Shown here one piece after another: positions 8,460-18,698 of a stretch of DNA of 64,000 nucleotides. The notes beneath the pieces were generated by a model that saw only the letters and a list, made by a program, of their open reading frames with translations, ran no database searches and was not told the DNA's origin. Source of the stretch: Spirochaetota bacterium. Its GTDB lineage: Bacteria; Spirochaetota; UBA4802; UBA5550. Every line of letters begins with the position of its first letter. Position 1 is the first letter of the stretch. The position numbers and the translations under genes are program-made. The stretch covers positions 448,001-512,000 of the forward strand of contig CAXXHB010000003.1 of the NCBI GenBank assembly GCA_963664815.2. Reading direction: 5' to 3'.

Positions 8460-10328
8460 TTATTCAGCAAGAGCACCGGTAAATAAATGATCAGATGCTT
8501 TCACTGTTGCGCCCTCGTTAAATTTGAGAGACTCGATTCTTCCGAGAATTTTCGGAAATTCGGTTCCAAGATAGAATTGTGATGAAAGAACTCTTCCTGC
8601 ATAGTATGCGGCTTCAGAATTGTCAGCAAAAAGTTTTTCTCTTTCCGCGCCCTTAAGATCCCCTACAAGCGCCTTCATTTTCGGAACTGTTTTCAGCATG
8701 CTCCATATATGACACCATGCAATTGTAGCCATATACATGGTTTCCTGGAAAGGAGTGGCATGCATAAAGATATTGAGGAACTGACCCTTTGCCATCTGCC
8801 CTTTAAGCATTTCGACTATTCCATCAAGCTCGATTATTGCCTTTGTGAAAAGATCAAGATACTTGTCTTCAACAATACCTTTAGCACTGGCAACCACTTC
8901 ATCCATTCTTTTCCTGAGGGCTTTGTAGTTATACTGGTCTTTGTTCATGAGAGTTTTTCTCATCATAAGGTCCATAGACTGGATACCATTGGTTCCTTCA
9001 TATATGGCAAGGATTTTTGAATCACACATGTATCTTGCTATAGGATAGTCTTTACAGAATCCGTATCCGCCGTATGCCTGCATTGCGGTTGAAGTAATCT
9101 CAACACCTTTATCTGTACATCCCGCTTTGCAGATAGGGACAAGGATTTCAAGCAGCGCAGTGGCTTCTTTTCTGACTGCTTCGTCGGGATCTTTTTCAAG
9201 ATCCTGCTGCATATAGAGGAAATAAAGGAGTATTCTCTGACCCTCAAGGTGAGATTTCATCCAGAGAAGCATTCTTTTAATGTCCGGGTGTTTGCTTATT
9301 GATACAAGAGGAGCATCGGGATTAAGCATCTGGGTTACGTCAACACCCTGCAGCCTGTTTTTTGTATATGTTACAGCGTGCATATATGCTGCGGAGGCGT
9401 TTCCCTGCCCCTGCATTGAAACGCCTATACGGGCTTCGTTCATCATCTGGAACATGATCTTCATTCCCTGACGCTCCTGTCCAAGGAGATAACCGATACA
9501 GTTCCCGCTATCTCCGAAAGCAAGCTGGGATGTTGACTGTCCGTGCAGACCCATCTTATGTTCAATTCCGGTGCATACCACGTCATTAAATTCACCCTTT
9601 GTGCCGTCAGGTTTGAGGCGGTATTTGGGTACTATAAAAATAGATACTCCCTTGGTGCCTTTAGGGTCCCCTTCGATTCTTGCAAGAACCGGGTGTACCA
9701 TGTTGTCATAATAATCGTTTTCACCGGAAGAGATGAATATTTTCTGGCCGGTAATTTTGTACGTGCCGTCAGGCTGTTTTACAGCTTTGGTTTTAAGGTT
9801 ACCAACGTCAGAACCTGCATCAGGTTCTGTAAGGCACATCGTTCCGCCCCATTCCCCCGTCATAATCTTGTCGGCAAAGAGCTTTATCTGCTCTTCAGTC
9901 CCGTAGTTGAAATAAAGTTCCATCGCTCCATGAGAAAGCCCCGGATACATTCCAAGGCAGTAGTTTGCCGCACAGAGATATTCAGCTGTACCTGCTGCTA
10001 CGCCGTAAGGCATCCCCATTCCGCCATGTTCTACCTTGTCGCTGATTCCCATGAATCCAGCCTCATAAAAAGCATCAAGCGCCGGGTGGTAGCATTCAGG
10101 AATTTTAACAGCTTTTGTTACCGGATCCCATTTCGCTCCGTTTTTGTCCCCCTCGTCAGCTGTCGGATAAAGAACATCAACTGAAAGCTGCTCAGCCAGA
10201 TCGATTGTAGCTTCAAAGGTATCTTTGTCAAAATCAGCATATTCAGGATACTTTGTGAGCTTATCGACTTCTAGCAGTTCAAATAAGACAAATTTTACGT
10301 CCCTGGTGTCAATCAATGGATTAAGCAT
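8460..10328 (-). CDS. Acyl-CoA dehydrogenase
   Basis: MCLTEPDAGSD, MMNEARI, GGYGF and IYEGTNGIQ motifs. Close paralog of 2743-4614 and 42125-43993. Confidence 0.95.
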   Translation of the reverse strand: MLNPLIDTRDVKFVLFELLEVDKLTKYPEYADFDKDTFEATIDLAEQLSVDVLYPTADEGDKNGAKWDPVTKAVKIPECYHPALDAFYEAGFMGISDKVEHGGMGMPYGVAAGTAEYLCAANYCLGMYPGLSHGAMELYFNYGTEEQIKLFADKIMTGEWGGTMCLTEPDAGSDVGNLKTKAVKQPDGTYKITGQKIFISSGENDYYDNMVHPVLARIEGDPKGTKGVSIFIVPKYRLKPDGTKGEFNDVVCTGIEHKMGLHGQSTSQLAFGDSGNCIGYLLGQERQGMKIMFQMMNEARIGVSMQGQGNASAAYMHAVTYTKNRLQGVDVTQMLNPDAPLVSISKHPDIKRMLLWMKSHLEGQRILLYFLYMQQDLEKDPDEAVRKEATALLEILVPICKAGCTDKGVEITSTAMQAYGGYGFCKDYPIARYMCDSKILAIYEGTNGIQSMDLMMRKTLMNKDQYNYKALRKRMDEVVASAKGIVEDKYLDLFTKAIIELDGIVEMLKGQMAKGQFLNIFMHATPFQETMYMATIAWCHIWSMLKTVPKMKALVGDLKGAEREKLFADNSEAAYYAGRVLSSQFYLGTEFPKILGRIESLKFNEGATVKASDHLFTGALAE

Positions 10329-10868
10329 GTGAGCCTCCCTATTTATTATATATATATTTGCGTGCGGCAGGGATTCCCATTTAAAGAGATGCAGTTACAT
10401 ATATTTGAGTAAGAGCATTCATAATCCCCCCGCCGTAAAAATAAATCCTGATAGAGGTTTTGTTAAATCAGCTGTTGTTTTGCCGATAATCCGGATGAAA
10501 AAGGCATAATTCAGCAGTGAATATCCCCTGGAATACTCCCCTGACTTAAAAAAAGACAAAACAATACCCGCCGCCGTTTTTGACGGTATTTTTTATAAAC
10601 TACCTATAAAAATTTTAATTAACGAAGACTAAGCTATTTTATCATGAAACTGTAATTACTATAACAGGGGCTAAATTAATTGCAACAATTTTTTAGTTAA
10701 ACTTTGAATATAATTAATTATTTTAACATTATGTAAAAAGAATGTCATTAAAACCGGGTTTTATTAATCGCCTACCGGAATTAATGACATATTGCCAGAT
10801 TTACATCGTGGATATACTATAGGTAATATTATTAACGAAAAACACTTTATTATTCACATCTAACATTA

Positions 10869-11639
10869 TTACTTGCCCCGGAACGAAGGTTTTCTTTTTT
10901 CAATAAAAGCTGTAACACCCTCTTTCATATCTTCCGTTCCAAACAGCTCCGCCAGTTCCTCCCGTTCCATTTTCAGATGACGTTCCGGTGATAATCCGTG
11001 ACCTGCCGATACAATTTTAAGCAATGCCCTGACTGCCAGAGGTGGGCGCGTAATAAGTTCATTTGCAAAAGCAAGAGCATCCTCAATGAGTTTTTCATCT
11101 TCACAGAGACGATCCGCAATTCCGAGTGACAGCGCCTGCTCTGCATCGAACTGTTTCCCGAGAATCATATATTCCAGCGCTTTTGACCTTCCGATAAGAC
11201 GCGGCAGCCTGAGTGTGCCTCCGTATCCGGGAATGATCCCGAGGTTGGTCTCGGTAAGACCTATCCTTGCGCCTTTTTTGATGAACCTGAAGTGGCAGGC
11301 AAGGGCAAGTTCGCATCCGCCGCCGAGAGCCGGGCCGTTTATCGCTGCTATGACCGGTTTGGGAAAATCTTCAATCTTGTTCCACAGATCCTGTCCACGT
11401 TTCAGGAAGTCAACAGGGCTGAAATCTCCATACCCCCCTGCGAGATCCGCTCCTGCGCAGAAAGCCGTATTGCCGGTGCCTGTTATAATTAAAGCGCGGA
11501 CATCATAGCCCTGTTCGTTGGCATCGAGAATCTTTCTCATCTCCTGGAAAACAGGCTCGCTGAGCTGGTTTGCCTTCGGCCTGTTTATGGATATTATTCC
11601 AACCTCACCTCTCTTTTCAAATAAAACCGATTCGGACAT
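10869..11639 (-). CDS. Enoyl-CoA hydratase (crotonase family)
   Basis: FCAGADL, GPALGGGCELAL and ETNLGIIPGYGGT, with both catalytic Glu present. Confidence 0.95.
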   Translation of the reverse strand: MSESVLFEKRGEVGIISINRPKANQLSEPVFQEMRKILDANEQGYDVRALIITGTGNTAFCAGADLAGGYGDFSPVDFLKRGQDLWNKIEDFPKPVIAAINGPALGGGCELALACHFRFIKKGARIGLTETNLGIIPGYGGTLRLPRLIGRSKALEYMILGKQFDAEQALSLGIADRLCEDEKLIEDALAFANELITRPPLAVRALLKIVSAGHGLSPERHLKMEREELAELFGTEDMKEGVTAFIEKRKPSFRGK

Positions 11640-11843
11640 ACTTACCCCTCCTTTTTTAAATTAACATGATTTATCTATGTCTAAACTCAATAATAATTCC
11701 GGAAATTGTTTATAATATAAAATGCTCCAGTCTAATCGCCGCCAAAAGCGGCGGCGAGATTTAAACGTTTATTTTATACTGAAATAAATGTTAAGGAATT
11801 AATGTTGGTTTAATAATATCATTGTGTACATCACCAGGATGAA

Positions 11844-11862
11844 GTCATTAACCTGAGTTAAT
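11844..11862. promoter_or_regulatory. Palindromic site GTC-ATTAAC-N4-GTTAAT (copy 2)
   Basis: 19-bp identity with 5708-5726. Lies ~210 bp upstream of the hydratase at 11639. Confidence 0.65.
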
Positions 11863-12029
11863 ATTTTTATCCCCGCAATATTGGATTTTATAAAACATGC
11901 CGGATATCCCGGATCAATCCGGGCTGAGGGTTTCATGGGAAAGCTGGATTTTATTGAAAAACTGATAAAGATGATACTTTAATTTATTTAAATTCAGATT
12001 ATATTCAATGAAGAATATAAAATCATAAC

Positions 12030-14198
12030 CTACTTCAGCACCTTATATTGTCCGGAAATCCAGTTTTTCAGATCCGATGCATACCATCGTGAAAATCTTC
12101 TGTCGGATGCGCCACCAGGCAGGTTGGTATGGATTTCGTGGCTGGCCATGTCGGTGATCATACGGTATGCCGGGCTGTCTGTGCTGGTACGGCCTCCATT
12201 CTTGAATATCTGGCCCTGAAGAACTGTAGATCTTGATCCCGGAAGGGAGAACGGCCCGCGGTCGAACCCCAGGAATGCCGGAAGTTTACCGTCAAAGAAG
12301 ATCTGGTTGAATTTCAGCCGCCTGGTTTCTCCGTATGGCCTTGCTGCTGCGGAGAGGCCCAGCTCAATCGCCTCTTTGAATACTTCATCTCTCTCCTTCC
12401 CTGAAAGCCATGAGGAGTTTTTCTTCATAAGAATAGAATCGAAATTTCCGTAATAATCCGAAAATACCGGGGTTTCATCCAGAATGTAACCGAGCACTTC
12501 CATGCCGATACCATTGCGGCCGAATACCGACTCAAGGAGCTGCCGGTAGACAGATTCGAAGAGTGTCGCTCCGTGCGAATCATCGGTATAAATACAGTCC
12601 CATTCCCGCAGTATATTTCCGTTCGGGGTGTCGGGTAACAGAGGGCGTATCACCTTCATAAGCAGTTCGGCCTGTATTGAATAGAGATCATACTGAATTT
12701 TTTTCATGGAGGAGACGCTCTGTTTTCTGTTTTTTTCAAGCAATTGTCTTATTCTTTCAGCCCTGTATGAGGCCATAGAGAGGTTGATAACCTTGGCTTT
12801 TCCTAAATGGTTCAGGTCGTTATTGGCAGTCACTATAATCCCTTCACGGGGGTTGTACAGCGAAGGGAGATCCATGCTTTTAATGAATCCGTTTCCATCA
12901 TGCCGGCTTTCCCATGCCGGCAGAGGGATAAGTCCGCTCACATGGGGGGGGCGTTTAAATGCCCGTCCGCACATCTGGTATCCTGTATTACCATCGATAT
13001 CTGCAAATACGAAATTCCAGGATCCTGCAGTCATATCCCTGCAAAGAGCCATTGCCTCACGGACCGTTCCGGCTTCCAGTAATCCCCGGTAGCCGTTAAA
13101 ATCATCCCATCCGCAATCCCTGGCAGCGCTCCATTTCATAACGAGATAAAAACCGTCCTGGCCGGGATCCCCCTCAAGAACTCCATGTTCATTTTCGTAA
13201 TAAGTATCGGTTATTGTATCTTTCCCTTTTATTTTTATCTTCTCTTCCCTTATATTGAAGCTTTGCCAGCCGTCCCGCCTTCTGAACTTGCCGGCTTTGC
13301 ACTCCTCGATACGGTAATCAACCATATCCATATAGGCATAGGTAATCCCCCATGCGATTTTTGAGGTTCGCCCTATAACAATATTCGGCGAACCTGGAAG
13401 TCCCGAACCGAGTATTGTGTTTCCCGGAAGGTGCAGAACCGTCTCATACCAGAGTGGTGGAACCCTGTTTACCTCAACATGCGGGTCGCTGCAGAGTATC
13501 GGTTTTCCCGATTCAGTATGCTTCCCGGACACAACCCAGTTGTTGCTACCTTTAAACCGGGGAAGCTTCCATAGCCATTTAAGGACGGAGGGGATGACAG
13601 GCGCCTGGAGAGTCACTTTGCCTATCATTTTGTAATCTATTTTTTCACTGATATAGGGGAATAATTCCTTCAGTTTTTTTTCATCAGCACCATTCTGAAT
13701 CATCTGAATTATCAGTTTTTCAGCATTAAGCTGTGCATCGGACAGTCCCAGAAAGCCCAATACCTTGGACGAAAGAAGTATATCCTTCAGAGTAAGAGGT
13801 TCCGGTTTATAACTGAGGAGTCTGAATTCAAAAACAGTTCCTTTGCGCGTAAGGCGCATGTTGAAACCGGCAATGTAGGAGTCAAGCCATTCCCTCGTTT
13901 CAGGGAGGAGACCTGCTATCACAGTCTCAGGATCCGGGAGGAAGTTGATTCTTCTGATGAAACGGTCGTAATCAATCAGCTCCTGGTCTCCCATAAGCAT
14001 TTCCGACATACGACCCTGGACAAGAAGCCGCGTCAGCAGCACCTGAAGCTGGCGGTCTGTGGCGTGCATGTATCCCTGCCCGAATGCGGCCTCTGCCGGA
14101 GTATTGGCGGTAATTTCCGGAATGCCATGCTCATTGCGTTTAATTCTGACTTTTCCATGCGGACCTTCGAGGATGATTTCCCTGTTTTTCAATCCCAT
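12030..14198 (-). CDS. Penicillin acylase family Ntn-hydrolase
   Basis: GIPEI and FGQGYMHATDR in the alpha chain, GSNNWVVSG (catalytic N-terminal Ser), DPH and TANN motifs. Confidence 0.92.
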   Translation of the reverse strand: MGLKNREIILEGPHGKVRIKRNEHGIPEITANTPAEAAFGQGYMHATDRQLQVLLTRLLVQGRMSEMLMGDQELIDYDRFIRRINFLPDPETVIAGLLPETREWLDSYIAGFNMRLTRKGTVFEFRLLSYKPEPLTLKDILLSSKVLGFLGLSDAQLNAEKLIIQMIQNGADEKKLKELFPYISEKIDYKMIGKVTLQAPVIPSVLKWLWKLPRFKGSNNWVVSGKHTESGKPILCSDPHVEVNRVPPLWYETVLHLPGNTILGSGLPGSPNIVIGRTSKIAWGITYAYMDMVDYRIEECKAGKFRRRDGWQSFNIREEKIKIKGKDTITDTYYENEHGVLEGDPGQDGFYLVMKWSAARDCGWDDFNGYRGLLEAGTVREAMALCRDMTAGSWNFVFADIDGNTGYQMCGRAFKRPPHVSGLIPLPAWESRHDGNGFIKSMDLPSLYNPREGIIVTANNDLNHLGKAKVINLSMASYRAERIRQLLEKNRKQSVSSMKKIQYDLYSIQAELLMKVIRPLLPDTPNGNILREWDCIYTDDSHGATLFESVYRQLLESVFGRNGIGMEVLGYILDETPVFSDYYGNFDSILMKKNSSWLSGKERDEVFKEAIELGLSAAARPYGETRRLKFNQIFFDGKLPAFLGFDRGPFSLPGSRSTVLQGQIFKNGGRTSTDSPAYRMITDMASHEIHTNLPGGASDRRFSRWYASDLKNWISGQYKVLK

Positions 14199-14262
14199 AT
14201 AGATATCTCCATATATATACAGACAGATAGTTATAAAAAAAATTCAAGACCTTTTTTCACGT

Positions 14263-15273
14263 TTATAATCTTATCTCCAGAATCCGGGCCATGGCTGCAA
14301 CAGCAGCTTTAATTGTGTCGCGGGCAAAGTCTGTATCGAGTCTGGAAATATCATCAACTTTGCCGTTGTTGCAGTGATAGCTGGTATTGCGGTAATTTAT
14401 AGTATCCCCGATCATCATGGCAGAATATCCCTGCTCCCAGAAGGCAGCGTGATCTGACCTCCTGAATTCATGATTATTAATGATATTTCTGCTGATTTTA
14501 AGTGTTACAACGGGAAGGCCTGTGATATCTGCGAAACCTGTATAGATGTCAGCGTATCTCTTTGCATCTTCATTTACAGTCAGGCAGATAAAATCACCGC
14601 GGTTTCGGTTTTCTGCAATTTTTTTCATTTCAAGGGGAAATATCGCTTTCATACCGGCAGGGAATCTTTGTGATCCCGGTTCTGACGAGCGGTAACCTAT
14701 CATCTCAAAAACCATTGACAGAACAATATTGCTCCCTTCACGCCTTGACCTGGCAGCAAATGCCCTCGATCCATGCAATCCTCTGGGGCTCTTCAATCCC
14801 TTCTCCTCTTCATCCCAGAGCGCAATTATCAATGTTCTGTTGTATCTGGCTTTGACAAGCACCCGTGCGGCCTCAAGAGCCCCTGCAACTCCGCTTGCGT
14901 TGTCGTCTGCACCGGGGCAGCCGGCATTTCTGCTGTCATAATGGGCCGAGAGAATTACAGATTCCCCGGAATTGCCGGCGCCGTCAATCCGGCCTATTAC
15001 GTTTATGCCGGTTCCATATGAATCAAGTTCCACTTTGAAACCAAGTTCAGCAAGACGCCGGGCGCATAATTCCTGTACCATCTTATGTCCGGGAGACTTG
15101 AGGGTTCTGTCTGTTGCTATAACGGAGAGATCTTCGGAATAACGCGGGCCGTCCACGTAAGCCATAAGAGTCTCCGGTGTTTCGGTTTTCGCCTTAGATG
15201 AACTTTTGTCTGCCGGGCATTTCAGGGAAGGAATTAAAAACAGCATTATCATTACATAAAATATTTTATTCAA
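14263..15273 (-). CDS. M28-family metallopeptidase, exported
   Basis: SAHYDS, GADDNASG, DEEEKG and SDHAAF motifs, with an N-terminal signal-like segment. Confidence 0.9.
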   Translation of the reverse strand: MNKIFYVMIMLFLIPSLKCPADKSSSKAKTETPETLMAYVDGPRYSEDLSVIATDRTLKSPGHKMVQELCARRLAELGFKVELDSYGTGINVIGRIDGAGNSGESVILSAHYDSRNAGCPGADDNASGVAGALEAARVLVKARYNRTLIIALWDEEEKGLKSPRGLHGSRAFAARSRREGSNIVLSMVFEMIGYRSSEPGSQRFPAGMKAIFPLEMKKIAENRNRGDFICLTVNEDAKRYADIYTGFADITGLPVVTLKISRNIINNHEFRRSDHAAFWEQGYSAMMIGDTINYRNTSYHCNNGKVDDISRLDTDFARDTIKAAVAAMARILEIRL

Positions 15274-15570
15274 AGTGACCTCAATATATAAAAACCTGTG
15301 CGTGTTATTTTTAGTTTCAATATTATTCAGATATGATTTATATATTTAAAATATGCAGGCAACAGAGTGTCAACCATATTGCTGGTACGGAAATACACTT
15401 TAAAACAGTGTAATAAAAATTTATTAATTGATTCTCACAAGTAACAGGTTTTCAGATTCACAATATTTTTTAATCTTCCGGATGACATCTGTATGTACCG
15501 GAGAAAGGTTTAATCCCGGTAAGTACCAGCTTTCTTCTGCCATTCATTATTTTTTTCTCCGGCCGGTTTA

Positions 15571-15610
15571 AATGATAAAAAGAATCCCGGGCGGGATCCT
15601 TTTTATCATT
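15571..15610. terminator. Putative terminator
   Basis: AATGATAAAAAG-ATCCC...GGGATC-CTTTTTATCATT inverted repeat directly after the stop at 15616. Confidence 0.65.
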
Positions 15611-15615
15611 AAATT

Positions 15616-15867
15616 TTACTTCAGGTGCTTTTTGGCTGCTTTCGGGCAGTTGTTCATCAGGGCGCCTTTTGCGCTCAAATCGTTGACTTTCTTATACCCT
15701 TCATATAACATACTGATCTGGTTCATCGGGAGCGCTTTATTTTCAGCATAACAGTCATCTACAAAGCTTTCCAGTTTTTCCTGTGAAGATGAACATCCGG
15801 CCAGCAGGGTGAATACCAGGCATATAAGGCCAATAAACAAAGATATCTGTTTCATATAAAACTCCAT
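15616..15867 (-). CDS. Small lipoprotein, unknown function
   Basis: Hydrophobic leader with an LLAGC lipobox. The start is probably MKQISL. Confidence 0.7.
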   Translation of the reverse strand: MEFYMKQISLFIGLICLVFTLLAGCSSSQEKLESFVDDCYAENKALPMNQISMLYEGYKKVNDLSAKGALMNNCPKAAKKHLK

Positions 15868-16173
15868 TTTGTTATTTATTCAGACTGTAAGTGCTGAAAT
15901 ATCCCCTGTCAAGATTAAATTTATAAAAGCAATTGTTAAAAAATTTAACCCGCACAGGCTATCCTGAATAATCAGGGATTCGGATTTCATATCGGCTACT
16001 GGTGTCTATCAAAGTCACTTTCCTGAATCTACAGCAGCAATTAACCTTCTCATCAATTTGTGAGTCAGTGTAAATAAACATAGTAAACACATATATAATT
16101 TTTTAATTTACAGATAATGCTTCAGCTGAGTAAAGATAGCTTATTGTTAATAATATATCTGATGGTGTAAATT

Positions 16174-17073
16174 ATGTTACTTAAAGCTGTCAAACCGTGG
16201 ATCGTATCATTCAGGCTCAGAACTCTTCCTCTGTCGGCATCCTGTATTATAATGGGAAGCTTCCTTGCAGCCCATTATGGAAAATTTAATATTGTTGTTT
16301 TGATTCTCGCTCTGATCACTACTCTTCTCCTGCAGATACTTTCAAATATTTCCAATGAATATGGTGATATGCTCAAAGGAACGGATACGGATGAAAGAGT
16401 CGGTCCTGAGAGATCAATTCAGCGGGGAGATATTACCCTTGCGCAGATGAAAATAATGATGATTGCGATTGTGATTATTACGGCAGTAACGGGGCTGTCG
16501 CTTGTTGTTTATGCGGCACACTCATATTTTACAATACTTTTCATCTTCGCAGGGGGGGCAGCCATCACTGCAGCGATAAAATATACGGTTGGTAAAAAAC
16601 CTTATGGTTACAGGGCGCTCGGTGACCTTTTCGTATTTATCTTTTTCGGACCTGTCGGAGTTATGGGGACATTTTTTCTGCATTCTGGTATATTCAGAGC
16701 GGATATTCTGCTTCCGTCAATTACTGCCGGGCTGCTCAGTGTTGCTGTACTTAACCTTAACAACATGAGGGATATTGATAATGACCTGAAACATGGAAAA
16801 ATTACACTGGCTTCGATTCTTGGTAAAAAATATAGTAGAATTTATCATCTTCTGATCCTTCTTGTTTCAGTTACGGCAAGCCTTATTTTCGCATATATGA
16901 ATTTCATTTTGTCAGTACGATTCTGTTACATAATAGTCTTTATACCCCTTGTTTCTGATCTGTTTGTGGTCTTTACTTTCAAAAATCCCGCAGAACTTGA
17001 TCCAGAACTGAAGAAAGTCGCTGTTTCAAATTTTCTCCATGCGGTATTGCTTGGAATTGCTCTTATAAGCTGA
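16174..17073 (+). CDS. menA: 1,4-dihydroxy-2-naphthoate prenyltransferase
   Basis: RLRTLPLS, SNEYGD..KGTD, GYRALGD and NNMRDIDND (UbiA-family Asp motifs). Confidence 0.92.
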   Translation: MLLKAVKPWIVSFRLRTLPLSASCIIMGSFLAAHYGKFNIVVLILALITTLLLQILSNISNEYGDMLKGTDTDERVGPERSIQRGDITLAQMKIMMIAIVIITAVTGLSLVVYAAHSYFTILFIFAGGAAITAAIKYTVGKKPYGYRALGDLFVFIFFGPVGVMGTFFLHSGIFRADILLPSITAGLLSVAVLNLNNMRDIDNDLKHGKITLASILGKKYSRIYHLLILLVSVTASLIFAYMNFILSVRFCYIIVFIPLVSDLFVVFTFKNPAELDPELKKVAVSNFLHAVLLGIALIS

Positions 17074-17442
17074 TTAATATGACATATATTTTGTTTTGCT
17101 CATAATTGTAACTGGATAGTTGGAGTCTTTAGAGAGTTTACTGACCCTTTACTGACAGTATATCGACAGTAGTTTACTTATGTCTGAAAGGGTGAGCATA
17201 CTGTTTGAATACTGTCAATAGACTGTCAGCAAAAAGCGTCAAAACAGCTTCAATTTTTTAATAAATATGGTTATGTCATTTCAAATTATCTGACATTTAC
17301 GTTGTCCGGATTCATTTGAAAATTAAGAAACATAGCGGTATTTACCTCAGGATAATATCAGCTTTGTTTATAACCGGATGATAATTACCGGCTGCCGGTT
17401 TTAAAGTTAATCTGCAGCCGGTTCATTACCTGTTTCAGATGG

Positions 17443-18363
17443 CTAGAAAATCTTTGTTAAAACCAGACTCGTGGTATTTCCCTCTGTGCGGTCGCGGGCG
17501 CCAAACTCCCATTCTGTTCTTACAGTTACTGCAAGCATTGCAGGGGGGATGAAAACTCCAATTTCGGGACCAGCCGCAAATACCCTGTCGTGAACACCGG
17601 TATCGTATGATGCAGTTCCGGCTCCATTATCATCAGTAATCTGCCATTGACAATAACCTGCAACTCCTGCGTCGATTATTTTCATGAATGTTTTACCAAA
17701 TCCCCATTCAAAATGGAAATCATCCCCCGGACGGATTTTTACCTCGCTCTTTTCAGTATGTTTCTCATATCTTGCAAGCAATGACGCACTCCATGTCTTA
17801 TCACTGTCAAAGTAGATGGTACTACCGGCGGTAAGCATCAGGGTCCACATATCCTTGCCTGCTGAAGCCGACTTGTCTTTATCATATCTGCCTGTCGGTG
17901 CATAAACGGCAATCCCTGCTGCCAGGTCATATCTTTCTCCGTGCCATGAAAGCGCAGCCGGTTCAAAGCATATATCACCAGGGGCAAACTGATCATCTTC
18001 AACAACAAGAGATGCAGGTACAATTTCCATTCTGAAATCTGTATATACAAGCGGAACAGTAATGTCTGCAAGTAGATCCGCGTCGAATATTTTTAAACCG
18101 GTTCCGAATATAAACCTGTGAACATTGGCTATAACCGTAATATCAGGATTAAGCTTTTCTGATTTTTTACCATCGCTGTCTTTCATGCTGTCAGTTTTGT
18201 ACATGACATTATACATTTTATAATAAAAACCGGGACCTGGGAGAGTTGCCCCTTTTATCCCTTCCACTCCATTTGTGTAGTGTCCTGTCTCCCCGGCAAA
18301 TGCGGGGAAACCGGCTGCCGCTATCAGCAGTACCGCTGCAGCTCTGTATATAAATATCTTCAT
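17443..18363 (-). CDS. SphA/MetA-pathway-type outer-membrane channel ('transporter')
   Basis: Signal peptide, GVEGIKGATLPGPGFY, GD..FEP..LSWH, YAPTGRYD, RVFAAGPE, C-terminal Phe. Confidence 0.8.
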   Translation of the reverse strand: MKIFIYRAAAVLLIAAAGFPAFAGETGHYTNGVEGIKGATLPGPGFYYKMYNVMYKTDSMKDSDGKKSEKLNPDITVIANVHRFIFGTGLKIFDADLLADITVPLVYTDFRMEIVPASLVVEDDQFAPGDICFEPAALSWHGERYDLAAGIAVYAPTGRYDKDKSASAGKDMWTLMLTAGSTIYFDSDKTWSASLLARYEKHTEKSEVKIRPGDDFHFEWGFGKTFMKIIDAGVAGYCQWQITDDNGAGTASYDTGVHDRVFAAGPEIGVFIPPAMLAVTVRTEWEFGARDRTEGNTTSLVLTKIF

Positions 18364-18432
18364 CGATTACCTCTTTTTTCAGTTTAATTAATCCAAAATC
18401 CGGCGGGGCGGTACGCCGGAAACGTACCACCC

Positions 18433-18687
18433 TCATCTTCCAGCCTGTTTTTTCCCCCCCTTAAGCTTTTCTGAAAGCAGGTAGTATGGGTATAAAATAA
18501 CGTAAAGAAGAACCCCGGGACTGAATGCAGCCCTTAAAAAGCCCCCGAATTCTCCCGGTGTTATGTACATCTTTGCTGGCCATGCCCCCATGAGAGATCC
18601 TGTAATCTCAATTGAGTTTCCCTTTTTTCTGATTCCTGAAACAATCATCATCGGGGAGCCTTTATCTGAAATAATTGTTAACTTCAT
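18433..18687 (-). CDS. Small hypothetical protein coupled to the flavoprotein
   Basis: ATG 18687 with a GAGGA RBS, 11 bp after the flavoprotein stop. C-terminal hydrophobic helix. Confidence 0.7.
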   Translation of the reverse strand: MKLTIISDKGSPMMIVSGIRKKGNSIEITGSLMGAWPAKMYITPGEFGGFLRAAFSPGVLLYVILYPYYLLSEKLKGGKKQAGR

Positions 18688-18698
18688 TGATTCCTCTT

